A model generated the notes under the pieces. The model had not been told where the DNA came from, searched no databases, and saw nothing but the letters and a program-made list of their open reading frames with translations. The position numbers were made by a program, and so were the translations under genes. A stretch of 50,069 bases of DNA from an uncultured Anaerolineales bacterium (lineage in GTDB: Bacteria > Chloroflexota > Anaerolineae > Epilineales > Epilineaceae). The stretch spans positions 1-50,069 of the forward strand of contig CAYQBA010000006.1 in assembly GCA_964415605.1 (NCBI GenBank), read 5' to 3'. Below are positions 47,541 to 50,069 of this stretch, one piece after another (within the stretch, counting starts at the first letter, position 1; each line of letters opens with the position of its first letter).

Positions 47541-47637
47541 TCGCGGCGGCGCGCGCCCGCTCGGAGCGATCACGCGTCCGCTCCGACCAGCGCCGCTTGT
47601 TGCCGGGCAAGCGGGTGCGCTGATCACCTGCCGACAC

Positions 47638-47671
47638 AGGCTGGCATCCGCCAAATGGCCCATGCCAGCCT
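47638..47671. promoter_or_regulatory. inverted repeat AGGCTGGCAT-N14-ATGCCAGCCT in the divergent intergenic region
   Basis: Perfect 10-bp arms between the pot promoter and the + strand membrane-protein gene. Could be an operator or an RNA hairpin. Confidence 0.3.
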
Positions 47672-47797
47672 ACGCGGGATGGCGCTTCCCCGACTGTCTC
47701 GAGCGACGTACAATCGAGCCGTACAGGAACCACAAGGCCGTGCGACCGCGAGCCAAGCGTGCCGCACGACCTCCCATCAACAGGGAGGAGGAGTTCG

Positions 47798-48331
47798 ATG
47801 TCGATGACGTCGCAAGAGTGGTGGGCACTGATTCATGGGATGGGGCTGGGGGCCGTCTACCTTCTGGCGTTCGCCGGGGGGCTGGCCGGGCTCTACAGCT
47901 TCCGCCCTGAGTGGCTCACCGAGTCGGGCATCGCGGAGCGCGCCCGCCGGCTGGATTGGGGCGTGTGGGTCATGGCCATCGCGGCATGGCTGACGTGCAT
48001 CACGGGCACGTGGATCGTGTATCCGTGGTATCGGGCCGCGCCCCCGGAGGGGACGACCGAGCTGGCCGACTACCCGCGCTACTTCCTGCTGGACAATGCC
48101 AACCTCGCGGCGTGGCACACGTTCGGGATGGAGTGGAAGGAGCACGTGGCTTGGTTCGCCCCGCTCCTGGCAACGGCGGTGGCGTATGTCGTCTGGCGGT
48201 ACCGCAGCGAGCTCGCCGAACGCAAGCAACTCCGCGACGCGTTGATCGTGATGTTCGTCCTGGCCTTCGCGGCGGCGGCCGTCGCCGGGCTGTTCGGGGC
48301 CCTGATCACCAAAGCCGCGCCGGTGGCGTGA
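47798..48331 (+). CDS. four-helix membrane protein, function unknown
   Basis: ATG at 47798 follows GGAGGAGG. Four hydrophobic helices. Confidence 0.7.
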   Translation: MSMTSQEWWALIHGMGLGAVYLLAFAGGLAGLYSFRPEWLTESGIAERARRLDWGVWVMAIAAWLTCITGTWIVYPWYRAAPPEGTTELADYPRYFLLDNANLAAWHTFGMEWKEHVAWFAPLLATAVAYVVWRYRSELAERKQLRDALIVMFVLAFAAAAVAGLFGALITKAAPVA

Positions 48332-48362
48332 ACGCATCCGAATCAGGCAAGGGGGAACAACG

Positions 48363-48701
48363 ATGGCAACGAGAGGTTTGACGCATTCACCCGACGGCCC
48401 CGCTGCGGCCGCGATCCTGAGCAGCACGATCGGGTGCCTGGTCATCGGGCTGATGACCACCGGGGCGGAGATCAGCGCCGGACTCAAAGATGCGCTGAAC
48501 TGGTACGCCCCGGTCGGACCGCTGAGCGGCAAGACGGTTGTGGGCGTGATCGCCTGGGCGATCAGCTGGGGCGTGCTGCACAGCATGTGGAAGGACCAGG
48601 ACGTCGGCTTTGCGCGGCTCTTCAGAATCAGCCTGTGGGTGCTCGTGATCGGCTTGGTGCTGACCTTCCCGCCGTTCTTCGAGCTGTTCGCGGCGGAGTG
48701 A
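48363..48701 (+). CDS. small membrane protein, function unknown
   Basis: Track ORF of 112 aa with GGGGGAA before the ATG. Three hydrophobic helices. Confidence 0.65.
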   Translation: MATRGLTHSPDGPAAAAILSSTIGCLVIGLMTTGAEISAGLKDALNWYAPVGPLSGKTVVGVIAWAISWGVLHSMWKDQDVGFARLFRISLWVLVIGLVLTFPPFFELFAAE

Positions 48702-48740
48702 CCTAACCCTCATTCAAATTATCGACGGTTCCTGAGGGGG

Positions 48741-48776
48741 CTGCGCCCGCGCCGGGATTCACCGGCGCGGGCGCAG
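48741..48776. terminator. perfect 15-bp hairpin between convergent genes
   Basis: CTGCGCCCGCGCCGG-GATTCA-CCGGCGCGGGCGCAG, followed by TTGTT. Confidence 0.75.
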
Positions 48777-48807
48777 TTGTTAAGCGCCGGTCGGCCGAAC
48801 CGGCCTG

Positions 48808-49920
48808 CTACGGCGCCCGCACGCCCAGCGATGCCTCGCGGTACGTGACGCCGATCGGCTCGATGACGACCTCGCGCGGGCCGTCCTCCACCCGGCCGGC
48901 GACCCAGGCCGCCAGGCCGTGCCGGCCGGCGGCGTCGACGACCGCGGCGGCGTGGTGGCCCGGTGCGAAGACCGCGAAGCCGGCGCCCATGTTGAAGTTC
49001 GCGTAGGCCTCCTCGACCGCCACCCCGCCCTCCTCGACGAAGAACGCGAAGAGGTCGGGGAGCGGCGGCACCTCGGCCATGCGGTAGCGCAGGTCGCGCG
49101 GCGCGCGCATCAGCTTGCGCCAGCCGTGCCCGGTGATGTTGACGAGGTAGCGCACGTCCACGCCGGCCTCGAACACGTCGCGCACGAGCGCGGCGTACAG
49201 GTGCGTCGGCGCCAGGAGCGCGTCGCCGAAGCGGGTGCCGTCGCGCAACGGCGTGGCGTAGCCGTCCGGCAGGCGCGCCGCCAGGCGGCGGGCGAGCGTC
49301 AGGCCGTTGGCGTGAATGCCGCTCGATGCGACGAGCACGATGGCGTCGCCCGGCGCCAGGCGATCGCCGAGCGTCAGCCGGGCCTTCGGGCGCACGACGC
49401 CGACGCACGCCCCCGCCAGGTCGATGGTGCCGGGCGCGACGATCCCGGAGAGCGCCGGCGTCTCGCCGCCGCCCCACGTGGCGCCGGCCTGCTCGCACGC
49501 CGAAGCCCAGCCGCGCACCAGGTCGGCGGCACGCTCGCGGTCGTCGAACCAACCCGAGTCCCCGATGGCCCAGTACGCCGCCACCACCTGCGGCTCGGCC
49601 CCGACCACGATGACGTCGTTGACGATCATGGCCACCGCGTCCTGGGCCACGGCGTCGTAGTACGTCCGCCCGCCGATGGCCCGCATGGCGTCGGCCACCA
49701 GGTTCTTGGTCCCCAGCCCTTCGATGACCATCGCGCGGTAGGCGTCGGGCTCCTCCCAGACGAAGGCGCTCTCGCCGCGGCTGGCCGCGACCTCGGCCAG
49801 GCCCCAGCGGCCGAGGGCGCCGGCCGTGGCGGCGGCCGCGCGCTGGGCGAGGACCTTGGCGGGATCGATGGCGGCGTAGTCGACGCCGGCCTGGGCATAG
49901 GTGAGGGGTTCGGGCGACAT
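48808..49920 (-). CDS. AIR synthase (PurM) family protein
   Basis: ATG at 49920 follows GGAGG. YAQAGVDY, VIEGLGTKNLVA (compare DGVGTK in PurM), and a C-terminal PurM_C-like domain. Confidence 0.85.
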   Translation of the reverse strand: MSPEPLTYAQAGVDYAAIDPAKVLAQRAAAATAGALGRWGLAEVAASRGESAFVWEEPDAYRAMVIEGLGTKNLVADAMRAIGGRTYYDAVAQDAVAMIVNDVIVVGAEPQVVAAYWAIGDSGWFDDRERAADLVRGWASACEQAGATWGGGETPALSGIVAPGTIDLAGACVGVVRPKARLTLGDRLAPGDAIVLVASSGIHANGLTLARRLAARLPDGYATPLRDGTRFGDALLAPTHLYAALVRDVFEAGVDVRYLVNITGHGWRKLMRAPRDLRYRMAEVPPLPDLFAFFVEEGGVAVEEAYANFNMGAGFAVFAPGHHAAAVVDAAGRHGLAAWVAGRVEDGPREVVIEPIGVTYREASLGVRAP

Positions 49921-50069
49921 CGCGGGTGACCTCCGGTTGGCGTGGATCATATCACGGGCGCCCCGGCGGCCGAAACCGGCCGCCGGGCTCCGCCCTGGCG
50001 TCCCCGCGACCGCGCCGGGGGGCCCGGGGCGGGGCGTCGGCCGCCGGGGCGATGGGATCGACAGCCGCG

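Noticed and set aside
49962-49987. 11-bp GC hairpin CCCGGCGGCCG-AAAC-CGGCCGCCGGG upstream of the PurM-family gene as a riboswitch or regulatory element.
   Set aside because: It is more likely the terminator of the next gene beyond the window edge. There is too little flanking sequence to judge.

Overview
About 50 kb from a very GC-rich bacterial chromosome. By hand count, 17101-17160 has 51/60 G+C. Taxon cannot be fixed from sequence alone; a T-box leader, a ba3-type oxidase and a lipoprotein-type solute-binding protein are compatible with Chloroflexota- or Actinomycetota-like lineages.

Most very long track ORFs are Arg/Gly/Pro-rich antisense or out-of-frame shadows. I kept the frames with recognisable motifs and trimmed starts using Shine-Dalgarno (SD) sequences and ATGA/GTGA stop-start overlaps.

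Gene content, left to right:
- 1-5357 (-): a glycan-assembly operon with a priming sugar transferase, MTase-like protein, APH-fold protein, GT2 and HprK-like P-loop protein.
- 5681-9292 (+): a 1203-aa secreted beta-helix/CAP protein.
- 9407-11190 (+): an XdhC/MocA-like molybdoenzyme maturation pair.
- About 11.2-15.6 kb: a low-GC accessory island (24/60 G+C at 14281-14340). It holds an IS4-family element with a 10-bp target duplication and a nonsense-inactivated transposase, inserted into a beta-propeller gene remnant. It also holds a secreted matrixin-like metzincin, an orphan secreted partner gene, and a ~103-nt direct repeat bracketing those two genes.
- 16021-22597 (+): an AIM24/TIGR00266 gene, then a 1864-aa thioester alpha-2-macroglobulin (A2M) with a C-terminal dockerin plus cohesin-like module.
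- 23007-24537 (+): a frameshifted beta-lactamase-fold hydrolase, bracketed by another direct repeat.
- Housekeeping genes: pheST with a Phe T-box leader, clpX, tig and tRNA-Leu(UAG).
- Also present: Hsp20, an OmpR/HK pair, a CbpA-like J-protein, ba3-type oxidase genes including a small ORF absent from the track, pcm, potABCD, two small membrane proteins and a PurM-family gene.

No CRISPR array or rRNA gene was seen. The most unusual material is the low-GC island (protease, partner gene, phase-biased repeat) and the A2M-dockerin-cohesin fusion. I cannot show from sequence alone that either is a new functional system.
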